Of a DNA stretch of 64,000 nucleotides, positions 29,195 through 38,351 are shown piece after piece (position 1 is the first letter of the stretch; every line of letters begins with the position of its first letter). Source of the stretch: Minisyncoccota bacterium. Its GTDB lineage: Bacteria; Patescibacteriota; Minisyncoccia; Phycocordibacterales; UBA2100. The stretch lies in the NCBI GenBank assembly GCA_965267345.1, contig OZ253947.1, forward strand, positions 330,814-394,813, read 5' to 3'. The notes beneath the pieces were generated by a model. It had not been told where the DNA came from. It made no database searches and saw nothing but the letters and a program-made list of their open reading frames with translations. The translations under genes were made by a program, and so were the position numbers.

Positions 29195-30292
29195 ATGCGA
29201 ACAAAGAAGACCATCGACCGGCCACTGCTATTTATTGTATTGGCACTCGTCACGGTCGGATTTTTCCTCTTTTCCTCCGCATCACTCGGGCTACTCGCCC
29301 GTGAAGGTGCGCGCTTTTCCTCAGTCGCCTTTAACCAGTTAGTGCTGGGTATTGGCCTTGGCGTTACGGCACTTTTCTTTGTCAGTCGCATTCACTACCG
29401 CATTTGGAAAGAGTACGCGCTCTACCTCTTTATCGCCGCTGCAGTTGCCACAGCGCTCGTTTTTATTCCATTTTTCGGCTTTTCTTCAGGCGGTGCCACA
29501 CGTTGGATTGCACTGGGCCCGCTGACACTGCAGCCCGCTGAGTTACTCAAAATTGGCGTGGTGCTGTACTTGGCAGCATATTTATCCAATGTACGCAGTG
29601 CAATTGCCGATCCGCGGCAGGGCATTATTCCGTTTTTACTTATTTTACTCGTACCGGCAGTACTCCTGCTGCTGCAGCCTGATACCAGCACGCTCGTTGT
29701 CATCGCAACAGCGGCAGCCGGCATGTTTTTTGTGACCGGCTGCCGCTGGCGCGACGTGGGAATTTTAGTGCTCGTCGGCTTTATCGCACTCTCGGCACTC
29801 GTTGCAGCCCGCCCGTACATTCTCGATCGCGTGGTGACATTCATCAGCCCAGCTGCCGATCAGCTCGACTCGGGCTACCAGATTAAGCAGTCGCTCATTG
29901 CGGTTGGCTCCGGTGGCGTATTCGGCCGTGGATTCGGGCAGAGTGTGCAAAAATTTGGCTACTTACCGGAGCCGATCGGCGACTCGATTTTTGCCGTTGC
30001 TGCTGAGGAGTTTGGCTTTCTCGGGGCAACACTCATTGTCGGGCTCTTTATTGCATTTGTGGTCCGCGCGTTTTGGGTTGCCGCCCGCGCCCCCGACTAC
30101 TTCGGTGCACTGGTGGTGGTTGGTATTACACTACTCGTTGCCACACAAGCACTGATTAACATTGCATCGATGCTCGGTATTATTCCACTGACCGGCCTGC
30201 CGTTGCCGTTTATCAGCCATGGCGGCACGGCGATGCTCGTCATGCTCAGTGCCATGGGTATCGTGCTGAGCGTGTCAAAATATGCAAAATAG
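29195..30292 (+). CDS. ftsW: FtsW/RodA (SEDS) family peptidoglycan polymerase
   Basis: 10-TM SEDS architecture with PEPIGDSIFAV..EEFGF. Confidence 0.85.
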   Translation: MRTKKTIDRPLLFIVLALVTVGFFLFSSASLGLLAREGARFSSVAFNQLVLGIGLGVTALFFVSRIHYRIWKEYALYLFIAAAVATALVFIPFFGFSSGGATRWIALGPLTLQPAELLKIGVVLYLAAYLSNVRSAIADPRQGIIPFLLILLVPAVLLLLQPDTSTLVVIATAAAGMFFVTGCRWRDVGILVLVGFIALSALVAARPYILDRVVTFISPAADQLDSGYQIKQSLIAVGSGGVFGRGFGQSVQKFGYLPEPIGDSIFAVAAEEFGFLGATLIVGLFIAFVVRAFWVAARAPDYFGALVVVGITLLVATQALINIASMLGIIPLTGLPLPFISHGGTAMLVMLSAMGIVLSVSKYAK

Positions 30293-30331
30293 CAGCTGCT
30301 GCCGCTAGGGTTATACGGTATACTGTGCGGT

Positions 30332-31471
30332 ATGAGGATTGTATTTACAGGTGGCGGTACGGGTGGGCACTTCTACCCGATAATCTCAGTCGCTGAAGAA
30401 CTCCACGAAATTGTTCAGGAAGAAAAACTGATTGAACCTGAGCTCTACTACATTGGTCCCGACGTACTCGATCCGCAGGCGCTCGCCGAGCAAAATATCA
30501 CCTTCAAACGCAGTAGTGCCGGGAAGATGCGCCGCTACCTCGCCATCGAAAACGTCTTTGATCTTTTCAAAACCATTTGGGGTATCATTCAAACAACCGT
30601 ACAGCTTTTCTTCCTCTATCCTGATGTGGTCTTTAGTAAAGGCGGATACGCAAGCTTTCCCACAACGTGCGCTGCACGACTGCTCAATATCCCTGTCATC
30701 GTACACGAGTCTGATGCCCACCCGGGGCGTGCCAACGTGATCACGGCAAAGTGGGCGCAGTCGGTTGCCATCTCATTCTCAGGCGTCGCGAAGTATTTCC
30801 CTGAGAGCGTCAAAGAAAAGATGGCGCTGGTGGGCAACCCGATCCGCCGCGTACTCTTTAAGCCGGCGCGTGAAGGTGCACACACATACCTGAACCTTGA
30901 TCCTGAAGTGCCGACACTGCTTATTCTCGGTGGCTCGCAAGGGGCACAGGCGATCAACAGTGTCGTACTGAATGCGCTGCCGACACTGCTTGAGAAGTAT
31001 CAGGTGATTCATCAAACAGGGAAGGACAACATCGAATCAGTGCGAAATGTGGCGCGCGTTGCCCTGAAAGATCACCCGAACAAAGAACGCTATCGTGCAT
31101 TCGGTTTTCTCAACACATTGGCAATGCGTATGGCGGCCGGTATTGCATCGCTCGTAGTGACCCGTGCCGGCGCAGGATCAATTTTTGAAGTTGCCGCGTG
31201 GCACCTGCCGGCCATCGTCATTCCGCTTCCTGAGGAAATTTCACACGATCAGACCGAAAATGCTTTTGCCTACGCACGTGGCGGCGGTGCCGTCGTGCTC
31301 AAGCAGCAAAACCTGACCGAAAACATACTGGTCGCGGAGATCGATCGCATCATGAGCGACAGCACAGTGCGCGAGCGTATGGTCACCGCCGCAGAAGAGT
31401 TTGCACGCCCCGACGCCGCACGTAAAATTGCACGCATGATTATTACCACGGCACTCACGCACGAAGCATGA
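30332..31471 (+). CDS. murG: UDP-N-acetylglucosamine--N-acetylmuramyl-(pentapeptide) pyrophosphoryl-undecaprenol N-acetylglucosamine transferase
   Basis: N-terminal GGGTGGHFYP G-loop and the C-terminal GT-B domain. Overlaps gltX by 4 nt. Confidence 0.85.
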   Translation: MRIVFTGGGTGGHFYPIISVAEELHEIVQEEKLIEPELYYIGPDVLDPQALAEQNITFKRSSAGKMRRYLAIENVFDLFKTIWGIIQTTVQLFFLYPDVVFSKGGYASFPTTCAARLLNIPVIVHESDAHPGRANVITAKWAQSVAISFSGVAKYFPESVKEKMALVGNPIRRVLFKPAREGAHTYLNLDPEVPTLLILGGSQGAQAINSVVLNALPTLLEKYQVIHQTGKDNIESVRNVARVALKDHPNKERYRAFGFLNTLAMRMAAGIASLVVTRAGAGSIFEVAAWHLPAIVIPLPEEISHDQTENAFAYARGGGAVVLKQQNLTENILVAEIDRIMSDSTVRERMVTAAEEFARPDAARKIARMIITTALTHEA

Positions 31472-32826
31472 TGACGACAAATGCCGCAGCATCAGTGGTA
31501 ACTCGCTTTCCGCCGTCACCAACGGGGCGTTTACACATCGGCAACATCCGTACGATGCTGTTTAACTACCTCTTCACGCGCAAACATGGCGGCGAGATTG
31601 TCATGCGCTTTGAGGACACTGATCGCGAGCGCAGCGATCAGGCACATGAGGCTGATGCACTCGAGGCACTTGCTGAGTTAGGGCTTTCGTTTGATCACGG
31701 ACCGTTCCGGCAATCCGAGCGCACCGACCGCTACATTGCTGCGCTTGAACAATTACTTGCATCAGGACATGCCTACGAGGCCGAGGAATCAAAAGGGGAG
31801 GAGGGCGCACGCGTCATCCGCTTCAAAAACCCGAATACCACACTGTCGTTTAGTGACACGGTCCGTGGCGAGGTGCGCATCGACACAACGGACTTTGGCG
31901 ATTTTGTCATCGCCCGATCGCGTACGAACCCAATCTATCACTTATCGGTTGTTGTTGATGATATGGATATGGGAGTCACCCACGTGATCCGTGGGGAAGA
32001 TCACATCACCTCAACACCACGGCAGATGCTTCTGATTCAAGCGCTCGGCGGTAGCGTGCCGACGTACGCGCACCTCCCGCTCATCATCGGCCCTGACAAA
32101 AAGAAGCTGAGCAAACGACACGGCGCGGTAACCTACCAGGAGTTCAAACGTCTTGGCTATATACCGGCAGCAATCGTGAATTACCTTGCGCTGCTCGGCT
32201 GGAACCCAGGAACTGATCAGGAATTCTTCACCATGGATGAGCTTATTGACACCTTCAGCCTCGAGCGCGTGAACAGTGCTCCCGCCATGTTTTCGTACGA
32301 GAAACTTGCATCGATCAATCGCCACCACATCATGCAATTGTCAGATATCGCGTACCAGAACTATATCCGCGATTTTGTTGGTGATAGTGCGGCTGCTGAG
32401 GCACTCGTAGCACACCCACGATTTGCAGCGATTGTCGATCTGGTGTTCAAAGATCGTGTCTACGCATTTGACGACGCGCGGGCAATGATTGAAGGGGGAG
32501 AGCTCGACTGGTTAGCTGCGCTGCCGGAGTATGATGCGGCGACACTCTGCTGGAAAGATAGTGCCCCTGAGCGCATTCGTGAGCATCTCACGCATACGCG
32601 TACGGTCTTCGCCGACATGCCGGATGACCAGTGGCACCACGAACAGCTCAAAGCGGCGCTCTGGGAGTACGCAACCGACGCAGGCCGTGGTGAAGTGCTC
32701 TGGCCGCTCCGTTTTGCACTCACCGCACAGGAGAAATCGCCTGATCCTTTTACCGTTGCGGATATACTCGGCAGGGAAACTACCGTGGCACGGATTGACT
32801 ACGCGCTTACACAGCTCGCTACGTAA
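31468..32826 (+). CDS. gltX: glutamate--tRNA ligase
   Basis: RFPPSPTGRLHIGNIRT (HIGH) and KLSKR (KMSKS-like). Confidence 0.9.
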   Translation: MMTTNAAASVVTRFPPSPTGRLHIGNIRTMLFNYLFTRKHGGEIVMRFEDTDRERSDQAHEADALEALAELGLSFDHGPFRQSERTDRYIAALEQLLASGHAYEAEESKGEEGARVIRFKNPNTTLSFSDTVRGEVRIDTTDFGDFVIARSRTNPIYHLSVVVDDMDMGVTHVIRGEDHITSTPRQMLLIQALGGSVPTYAHLPLIIGPDKKKLSKRHGAVTYQEFKRLGYIPAAIVNYLALLGWNPGTDQEFFTMDELIDTFSLERVNSAPAMFSYEKLASINRHHIMQLSDIAYQNYIRDFVGDSAAAEALVAHPRFAAIVDLVFKDRVYAFDDARAMIEGGELDWLAALPEYDAATLCWKDSAPERIREHLTHTRTVFADMPDDQWHHEQLKAALWEYATDAGRGEVLWPLRFALTAQEKSPDPFTVADILGRETTVARIDYALTQLAT

Positions 32827-32827
32827 T

Positions 32828-34111
32828 ATGAAGCTATTCACGCGACAGAGCAGTGCATTTTTCATCGGCATGGCCGTTGCAATGCTACCGGCAACGGGTG
32901 TATTCGCGCAGAGCGTAGATGAACTTCGCGGAAAAATTGATGAGCAGCAGAGCGAAATTCAGGAGCTCGAAGCGGAGATTGCACAGTATGAACAGGAACT
33001 CCAATCGATTGGACGCGAGAAGCAAACGCTCGAGAGTGCGGTGCGCGAGCTTGATGTCGCTCGTCAACAAGTTAATGCGAAAATAGCGCTCGCCCAACGC
33101 CAGATTAATCAAACAAGCGAACGCATTGATGAGCTCAGCGGCGACATTAATGAAAAAGAGGCTAGAATTGAACGAAACTCGGAAGCGCTTGCCGAAGCGA
33201 TTCGTCGCATGCACGAATCAGAGTCAGAATCGATGGTGGAAGTGGTACTCGGCAGCGACAACATCTCGACGCTTTGGACTGACTTAGAGACGCTACGTCA
33301 GTTCCAGACAGTCGTGCGTAGCGAAGTGGACGAGCTCATAGTACAAAAGCGTGATCTTGAGGATGTGCGCGTTGAGTCACAAGAAAAACAGGAGCAACTA
33401 GTTGCGCAAAAGCAAGAGCTTGCCACACAACAGCGCGCACTCAATATTAACCGCGCCGCAAAGAACGAGCTTCTCGAACAGACAGAGAACGAAGAATCAA
33501 ACTACCAGCAACTCCTTGCCGAAAAACGCCAAGCAAGAGATGAGTTTGAGGCACAGCTGCGTGAGTTTGAGGCACAGCTACAGTATCAACTCGACCCAAC
33601 TTCGATCCCACCTCCAGGGAAGGGAGTATTTCGCTGGCCACTTGATAACGTCACCATCACCCAGTACTTTGGCAATACGCAATTTGCACAATCGGGGGCC
33701 TATAATGGCCGCGGCCACAACGGCATCGATCTGCGCGCCGCAATCGGTACACCCGTCAAAGCGGCGCTCTCCGGAAATGTTTTGGCGACAGGGAACACGG
33801 ATGCCATTCGCGGTTGCTACTCATACGGAAAGTGGGTTGTCGTTGAACACGTGAACGGCCTTGCGACACTCTACGCACACCTTTCAGAAATTCGCGTATC
33901 AGAAGGCCAAGCAGTTGGCACCGGAAGCGTCCTCGGGTACTCCGGCAACACCGGTTACTCAACCGGTCCGCATTTGCACTTTACGGTCTACGCAGCAGAT
34001 GCAGTCGAAATTGTGCGCTTGGGTGATATTAAGGCACGCACTAACTGTGCTGACGCCTACATACCCGTCGCACCGTACGAAGGTTACCTCAACCCACTCA
34101 ATTACCTGTAG
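32828..34111 (+). CDS. M23 (LytM) family peptidase with coiled-coil N-terminal region
   Basis: Signal peptide (MKLFTRQSSAFFIGMAVAMLPATGVFAQ), a long coiled coil, and a C-terminal M23 domain (HNGIDLRAAIGTPVKAALSGNV..GYSGNTGYSTGPHLHF). The in-frame upstream extension overlapping gltX is rejected. Confidence 0.8.
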   Translation: MKLFTRQSSAFFIGMAVAMLPATGVFAQSVDELRGKIDEQQSEIQELEAEIAQYEQELQSIGREKQTLESAVRELDVARQQVNAKIALAQRQINQTSERIDELSGDINEKEARIERNSEALAEAIRRMHESESESMVEVVLGSDNISTLWTDLETLRQFQTVVRSEVDELIVQKRDLEDVRVESQEKQEQLVAQKQELATQQRALNINRAAKNELLEQTENEESNYQQLLAEKRQARDEFEAQLREFEAQLQYQLDPTSIPPPGKGVFRWPLDNVTITQYFGNTQFAQSGAYNGRGHNGIDLRAAIGTPVKAALSGNVLATGNTDAIRGCYSYGKWVVVEHVNGLATLYAHLSEIRVSEGQAVGTGSVLGYSGNTGYSTGPHLHFTVYAADAVEIVRLGDIKARTNCADAYIPVAPYEGYLNPLNYL

Positions 34112-34374
34112 TGTGTATCGCGCATGCTAAACGTCGCACAATTTTAAGAGTGCTGAAACAGTGGTAGAGGAGCGAGAGGTTTCATTAGCGACGAAAACGA
34201 CACTGGAAATCGATACGATAGGATAAGAATGGATACTCACTCATGCGCGCGGATCTTTTTTTATGCACCAAATACATGTATAGCGCAGCGAGATCACGGA
34301 ACGAAGCCACATCGCGCCCAGCGGCTGTAGCGCGGTGTAGTGCGCTATGCACATATATATACGTCGCAAAAGAT

Positions 34375-34390
34375 ATATTGTACGACACAT
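34375..34390. repeat. 16-nt exact repeat ATATTGTACGACACAT, copy 1 (copy 2 at 36429-36444)
   Basis: The two copies are identical. Copy 1 lies in the AT-rich non-coding stretch, amid several TGTACGAC-like motifs. Confidence 0.6.
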
Positions 34391-35097
34391 ACATATATTC
34401 TAATACGTCCGCTCTATAATGCAACCTCTCACTTCCCTGTGGTTCTTGTGCGACGTGGTGTGTGGATGTTCTTTTGCGATGCACATGTTGTTTCTTGTAC
34501 GACGCTCGCCCTACCGTGGCTGTGTTGTGTTGAATGCTTCGCAAAAGAATGGATACAAGGTCGTGGTGTAAACCTTTTCGGAAGGTCCCCTTCCCTCTAG
34601 GTATACGACACGTTCTTTGAAAGCTTGGTGGAAACAAAAAGAGCCACACAGTGTGTGACTCTTCAGTTGTGTAATTCACTCAGTGGTACATAGTACCAAC
34701 ATCGGCCGGGATAACACCCGCTACGATTCTCGTGAGGACAACGGTTCTGCTCGAATACCATCAGGTCAGAGACGTACTAGTGTAAAAGAAGACGTACGTA
34801 CTTCCCCGCACTACAATGACCCTATGGTTTACAGATCGTCCCCGTGTTTCACTTTGCCGTTTACGCGAGACCAATAGCTACCGCGGCCACTATAAAAATG
34901 CGCCAGTCCGGTAGGTACTACTATGCACCACTCAATGAACTACTTATTCAATTACGTAGAGCTTGCGCACTCACACAACTGAATGCCTAAAGTATAACAT
35001 ATTCCCTTCCACCCAGCTTTCAGTGATGAAAGCAAACCACAAGACACTCACCTACGACAGTGATACAATTACCACGAATCTTTATGGTGATCATGAT

Positions 35098-35499
35098 ATG
35101 AAATGTAAGCTTGAGTACGCCCTGGTGGCAGAGAATGCAATTATCGACTCCGATTCAAATAAACTCACTGTCGTAGGCCTTTTCAGTAAAATACGAATAC
35201 CGACTGATGGTGGGTCTGTAAGAGTTAATTTTGTTGTTGCAGGAAAAATATCATTGGAAGACATCGCCGGCGAAGATCCTCGGGAACTCACGGTGAAGAT
35301 CGTCAAACCGAACGGAAAGGTTCTCGCTCAAGAAAGTATGAGAGGGCCGCTTGATACCGACGTCACGTTTAGAGCATTTTTCACGCTGATTGAGTTTAAG
35401 GAGGTAGGTTCCTACCATGTGAAGGTTGAGTTTGGTGGCGAAGAGCTCGAGATTAGCAATACTATTGGTTCTTTCAAGGTTGTTGAACGCGAAGCGTGA
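35098..35499 (+). CDS. hypothetical beta-rich protein (island ORFan)
   Basis: 133 aa. A GGTGA ribosome-binding site sits 7 nt upstream of ATG 35098. Low-GC codon usage. A 4-nt gap separates it from the next gene. Confidence 0.45.
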   Translation: MKCKLEYALVAENAIIDSDSNKLTVVGLFSKIRIPTDGGSVRVNFVVAGKISLEDIAGEDPRELTVKIVKPNGKVLAQESMRGPLDTDVTFRAFFTLIEFKEVGSYHVKVEFGGEELEISNTIGSFKVVEREA

Positions 35500-35503
35500 G
35501 CCT

Positions 35504-35884
35504 ATGGAACGAATACAGAATCCGTGGAGCACTTCTCAAGATGACGGAACGGGACATAATCGGCCGAGGATAATTACTTTGGGCAAAAGCCAGTCAGATG
35601 CCATTGACGAACTACGTGACCTTTACAGCAAAACAAGTAAAGACCTAGAGAGAACTCAGGAAGATGTATCGGAGCTGAGAGGACTAAAAACTATAGTAGA
35701 TAAGTACAGCAACCTTCTTATTCTTGGGTTCGCCATTTTGCTTGTAATGGTTGTAAGTATTCTAATGATCACTTTCCAATCCTTTATGGAAACGTATCGC
35801 TACAAAGAAGCGAAGTACAATGAGTACGTAAAGGCTGTTGAGTCACTGGATTCAAAAATAGAAGCCTTACAGACTGAAAAATGA
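35504..35884 (+). CDS. hypothetical protein with coiled-coil segments and a C-terminal TM helix (island ORFan)
   Basis: 126 aa (MERIQNPWSTSQDDG...LLILGFAILLVMVVSILMITF..). Co-directional with, and 4 nt after, 35098-35499. Confidence 0.45.
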   Translation: MERIQNPWSTSQDDGTGHNRPRIITLGKSQSDAIDELRDLYSKTSKDLERTQEDVSELRGLKTIVDKYSNLLILGFAILLVMVVSILMITFQSFMETYRYKEAKYNEYVKAVESLDSKIEALQTEK

Positions 35885-35887
35885 AAA

Positions 35888-35907
35888 ACACCACCCTACT
35901 CTCTTGG
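35888..35907. repeat. about 20-nt direct repeat ACACCACCCTACTCTCTTGG, copy 1 (copy 2 at 36392-36412, ACCACCGCCCTACTCTCTTGC)
   Basis: Two near-identical copies bracket the minus-strand gene 35915-36388 almost exactly. Confidence 0.55.
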
Positions 35908-35914
35908 GGTGTCT

Positions 35915-36388
35915 CTAGTGTGCCTTTCTAAGGAGTGTACTTGGTTTGTACCCAACGACCGTGAACTTCACAGCAACATTCGGCGCACCACCGGATGTGT
36001 AATACGCCAAAGGAGTTCCTACAAAACGAAATAGATCAGCTGATGGAATCTGTTCGTCCTTTAACTTCCCAAAGTCCACATGGACACTTGGAATAACAGG
36101 TAAGTATACGAAAGTATAGTCGTCTATGGGTTGCACTTGATAGTACCATTGTGTAGCTTCTTTACCTTTTACTGGGACCACGTTGACCACAATATCTTTA
36201 TCCCCTTCTGCACGAGTTCCATCTGGATTAAAAAGTGCTTTCTTAACGTTGAGTTCCTCAGCGTGTTTATCAAGGTATTCAAGCAGCGCCAGAACATCTG
36301 CAATAACCATGTCGTGAATAATAGCATCAAACTCCTCCTGAGTTATCTTCGAGGGGTCTATCTCTAAGGTGTGTTGCTCTTCGAGCAC
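35915..36388 (-). CDS. hypothetical protein (island ORFan)
   Basis: 157 aa, acidic N-terminus (MLEEQHTLEIDPSKITQEEFDAIIHDM..). Convergent with the upstream two-gene operon. Flanked by the 20-nt direct repeats. Confidence 0.5.
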   Translation of the reverse strand: MLEEQHTLEIDPSKITQEEFDAIIHDMVIADVLALLEYLDKHAEELNVKKALFNPDGTRAEGDKDIVVNVVPVKGKEATQWYYQVQPIDDYTFVYLPVIPSVHVDFGKLKDEQIPSADLFRFVGTPLAYYTSGGAPNVAVKFTVVGYKPSTLLRKAH

Positions 36389-36391
36389 ATG

Positions 36392-36412
36392 ACCACCGCC
36401 CTACTCTCTTGC
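36392..36412. repeat. direct-repeat copy 2 (ACCACCGCCCTACTCTCTTGC)
   Basis: See 35888-35907. Confidence 0.55.
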
Positions 36413-36428
36413 GACCAGCGCAGAGGTC

Positions 36429-36444
36429 ATATTGTACGACACAT
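36429..36444. repeat. 16-nt exact repeat ATATTGTACGACACAT, copy 2
   Basis: Identical to 34375-34390. Immediately followed by TATAAT (36445-36450). Confidence 0.6.
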
Positions 36445-36510
36445 TATAATACCTGCTTTACCGCTACCCTATAAGTACCGAGGCTCTGCGGGGCGAATTG
36501 ATGATAGTAT

Positions 36511-36759
36511 GTGTTTATGTCCTCCGGCATCAAGGTACAGCGAGGCAGAGAGAGTTGGGACTACATTTACACTACACTCGGCTTTACCCTAACCATAGAG
36601 GGTGTCTTGGTGAGCTATGTTCCCTTTCCCCACTGGCAGGCAAATATTTTTATTGCCGGTTCTCTGTTTATACTCACCATTAAATGCTTCCTAGAAAGCG
36701 AGTGGCTGCACAATGAACTGATCGGGATTAAGGAACGTTATGAAAACGAGTGGCGATAG
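36511..36759 (+). CDS. small hypothetical membrane protein
   Basis: 82 aa with two hydrophobic segments. Weak ribosome-binding site. Confidence 0.3.
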   Translation: MFMSSGIKVQRGRESWDYIYTTLGFTLTIEGVLVSYVPFPHWQANIFIAGSLFILTIKCFLESEWLHNELIGIKERYENEWR

Positions 36760-36861
36760 TCTCCCCTTTTTAGTGCAAGCACGTACGGAACATGTTCTAT
36801 TGACACAATATATATTTTATGTGATAGTTTTATTCCTCGAACTACAGCATGGAGAAATGGT

Positions 36862-36963
36862 ATGGATCGGCAGAATGCGCAGCAATTCGGATTGGGACTA
36901 GGAAAATACGTCCTGGTTCCGATGCTCATCTTCATCATTGCGGCTCTTGCCATTTGGGGCTAG
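36862..36963 (+). CDS. 33-aa single-TM peptide (MDRQNAQQFGLGLGKYVLVPMLIFIIAALAIWG)
   Basis: Upstream TTGACA (36800-36805), 17-nt spacer, TGtGATAGT extended -10, and GGAGA ribosome-binding site. Followed by a hairpin plus T-run terminator. Confidence 0.45.
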   Translation: MDRQNAQQFGLGLGKYVLVPMLIFIIAALAIWG

Positions 36964-36975
36964 GACGTCCGTGGG

Positions 36976-37014
36976 GGCTCGGCTAAACGATTCTGAGGCC
37001 GAGCCCTTTTCGTT
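36976..37014 (+). terminator. intrinsic terminator (GGCTCGGC...GCCGAGCC + CTTTTCGTT)
   Basis: 8-bp GC-rich stem followed by a T-run, directly after the 33-aa ORF. Confidence 0.5.
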
Positions 37015-37136
37015 GCCACCATGCGTCGCTTTCGGGCAGCCTAACCAAAGGGGTGCTCTAAGCGCCCCGCCTCACTCTTTTTACTCTTTTTGTTACGAGT
37101 CACTACCCTACACTATTTCGTATAGGTAAAGTAAAA

Positions 37137-37174
37137 CGCTCGGACCCCGAGGGACAGGGAAAAGGGTCCGAGCG
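37137..37174. repeat. strong hairpin (CGCTCGGACCC...GGGTCCGAGCG, 11-bp stem) in a non-coding hairpin cluster
   Basis: One of four consecutive stem-loops in the non-coding stretch 36964-37345. No flanking T-run on either strand. Confidence 0.4.
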
Positions 37175-37291
37175 CTACCGGCTATGTCTTTGGGGTTCCG
37201 AGACCTTTTCGGGTTTGGGGGGGAAGGTCTCAAAAAAGACACACCGGCACTTCTAGTGTGCCCCTATTAGCAGCATGAGTCAAATGTACAA

Positions 37292-37319
37292 GCGGCCTGT
37301 CGTCGAAACGACAGGCCGC
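37292..37319 (-). terminator. hairpin (GCGGCCTGTCG-TCGAAA-CGACAGGCCGC), probable terminator of minus-strand gene 37346-37591
   Basis: 11-bp stem immediately downstream (minus sense) of the stop at 37346, followed by a U-rich stretch in minus sense. Confidence 0.4.
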
Positions 37320-37345
37320 CCCTTCGTGAACGATCGCCGAGGATG

Positions 37346-37591
37346 TCACCATGACTCGAGAAATAGTGGCTGTAGCCGAGCTTGGTATACTCCCGCGAAA
37401 GCAGTCTCGTAAGAACTCACTACATAGAAACCGTTCGCTCCGTCCACGGACAGGACAGTTTTGCAACACACTGGGAACAGTTGCGTATGTGCCTCATCGT
37501 CAGCATACATGGGCGTCGTAATTTCACTACCCACTGGAAAACCGACTCCGGGGCAACCAACCTGCGTAACGTTCTCATAATCTGAGCTCAT
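37346..37591 (-). CDS. hypothetical 81-aa Cys-containing protein (island ORFan)
   Basis: An AAAGGGGA ribosome-binding site lies 5 nt upstream of ATG (MSSDYENVTQVGCPGVGFPV...). A TATACT -10 lies upstream in minus sense. Confidence 0.45.
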   Translation of the reverse strand: MSSDYENVTQVGCPGVGFPVGSEITTPMYADDEAHTQLFPVCCKTVLSVDGANGFYVVSSYETAFAGVYQARLQPLFLESW

Positions 37592-37852
37592 CGCTTTCCC
37601 CTTTCTTCTTATATGCTGTCTTGTCTGCAGCTGAGTATATGCGCAAATAGCACGAAAAGAAAGACGCACCGCGCAATAGAAGTAAGGCGAGGCGCTCCAA
37701 GCGGCCCCGCCGCGTTGGTATCTCCTGGTACCCCACTGCTTTGACGAGAGAGACGGTCGATAGCTGTTTCCACGTATCCAAATCAAATACCGGTATACAT
37801 GAAAAGAGTGCGTTTAGGGGGTCTCGGAGACAGCGAGAAATGAGAGCACTCG

Positions 37853-38215
37853 TTAGTAGTGACGCCGCCCACGCAAGTGGTGCATCCGTGGATGCAGATA
37901 GATGTAAGCAATGTGTTTGAGTGAATCTGTTATGTGAGCATATGCGTAGCTCCCTACTTCCCTGATCTGAGACGCCGCATAGACACCTATATCGGCGAGT
38001 GCTTCATAGAGCCCGCGAACAAACAAACGGCGTATTGCGTAGCTTCGTCCAAACCCAATGGCGATCTGAATGACGGCCAATATGCCGAAATTGGTGACAT
38101 TGTAAGGCATACCAAACAGTGGTAGCAAAATGAGATTGACCCCAAACATGAGGGCAACCCCGACGGTGACATTAAGTGCGCTTTCAGTAAGCGATTTTCT
38201 ACACGTATCTCGCAT
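37853..38215 (-). CDS. hypothetical membrane protein (2 TM plus basic C-tail)
   Basis: 120 aa. TM segments VTVGVALMFGVNLILLPLFG and NFGILAVIQIAIGFG. No clear ribosome-binding site. Confidence 0.35.
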   Translation of the reverse strand: MRDTCRKSLTESALNVTVGVALMFGVNLILLPLFGMPYNVTNFGILAVIQIAIGFGRSYAIRRLFVRGLYEALADIGVYAASQIREVGSYAYAHITDSLKHIAYIYLHPRMHHLRGRRHY

Positions 38216-38351
38216 ATATGCTTGCGGTGCTTACTAACCCCATAGTTACACTACCACAGACCAATGCAATGGCGTCGTGTTTATAACCCGTTGACGTACA
38301 GTAAAAATCGCTGCACTATGTGAAGGGCTGGTAACGTAGAGGAGGTATCCA

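Noticed and set aside
32531-32827. Upstream in-frame extension of the M23 peptidase ORF (526-aa version)
   Set aside because: The extension overlaps the gltX coding region. A signal peptide begins at the Met at 32828, which is the natural start.
34185-34679. 164-aa minus-strand ORF in the AT-rich island stretch
   Set aside because: The composition is not protein-like (runs of H, R and Y). There is no RBS. It overlaps the repeat and AT-tract region, which is more likely non-coding.
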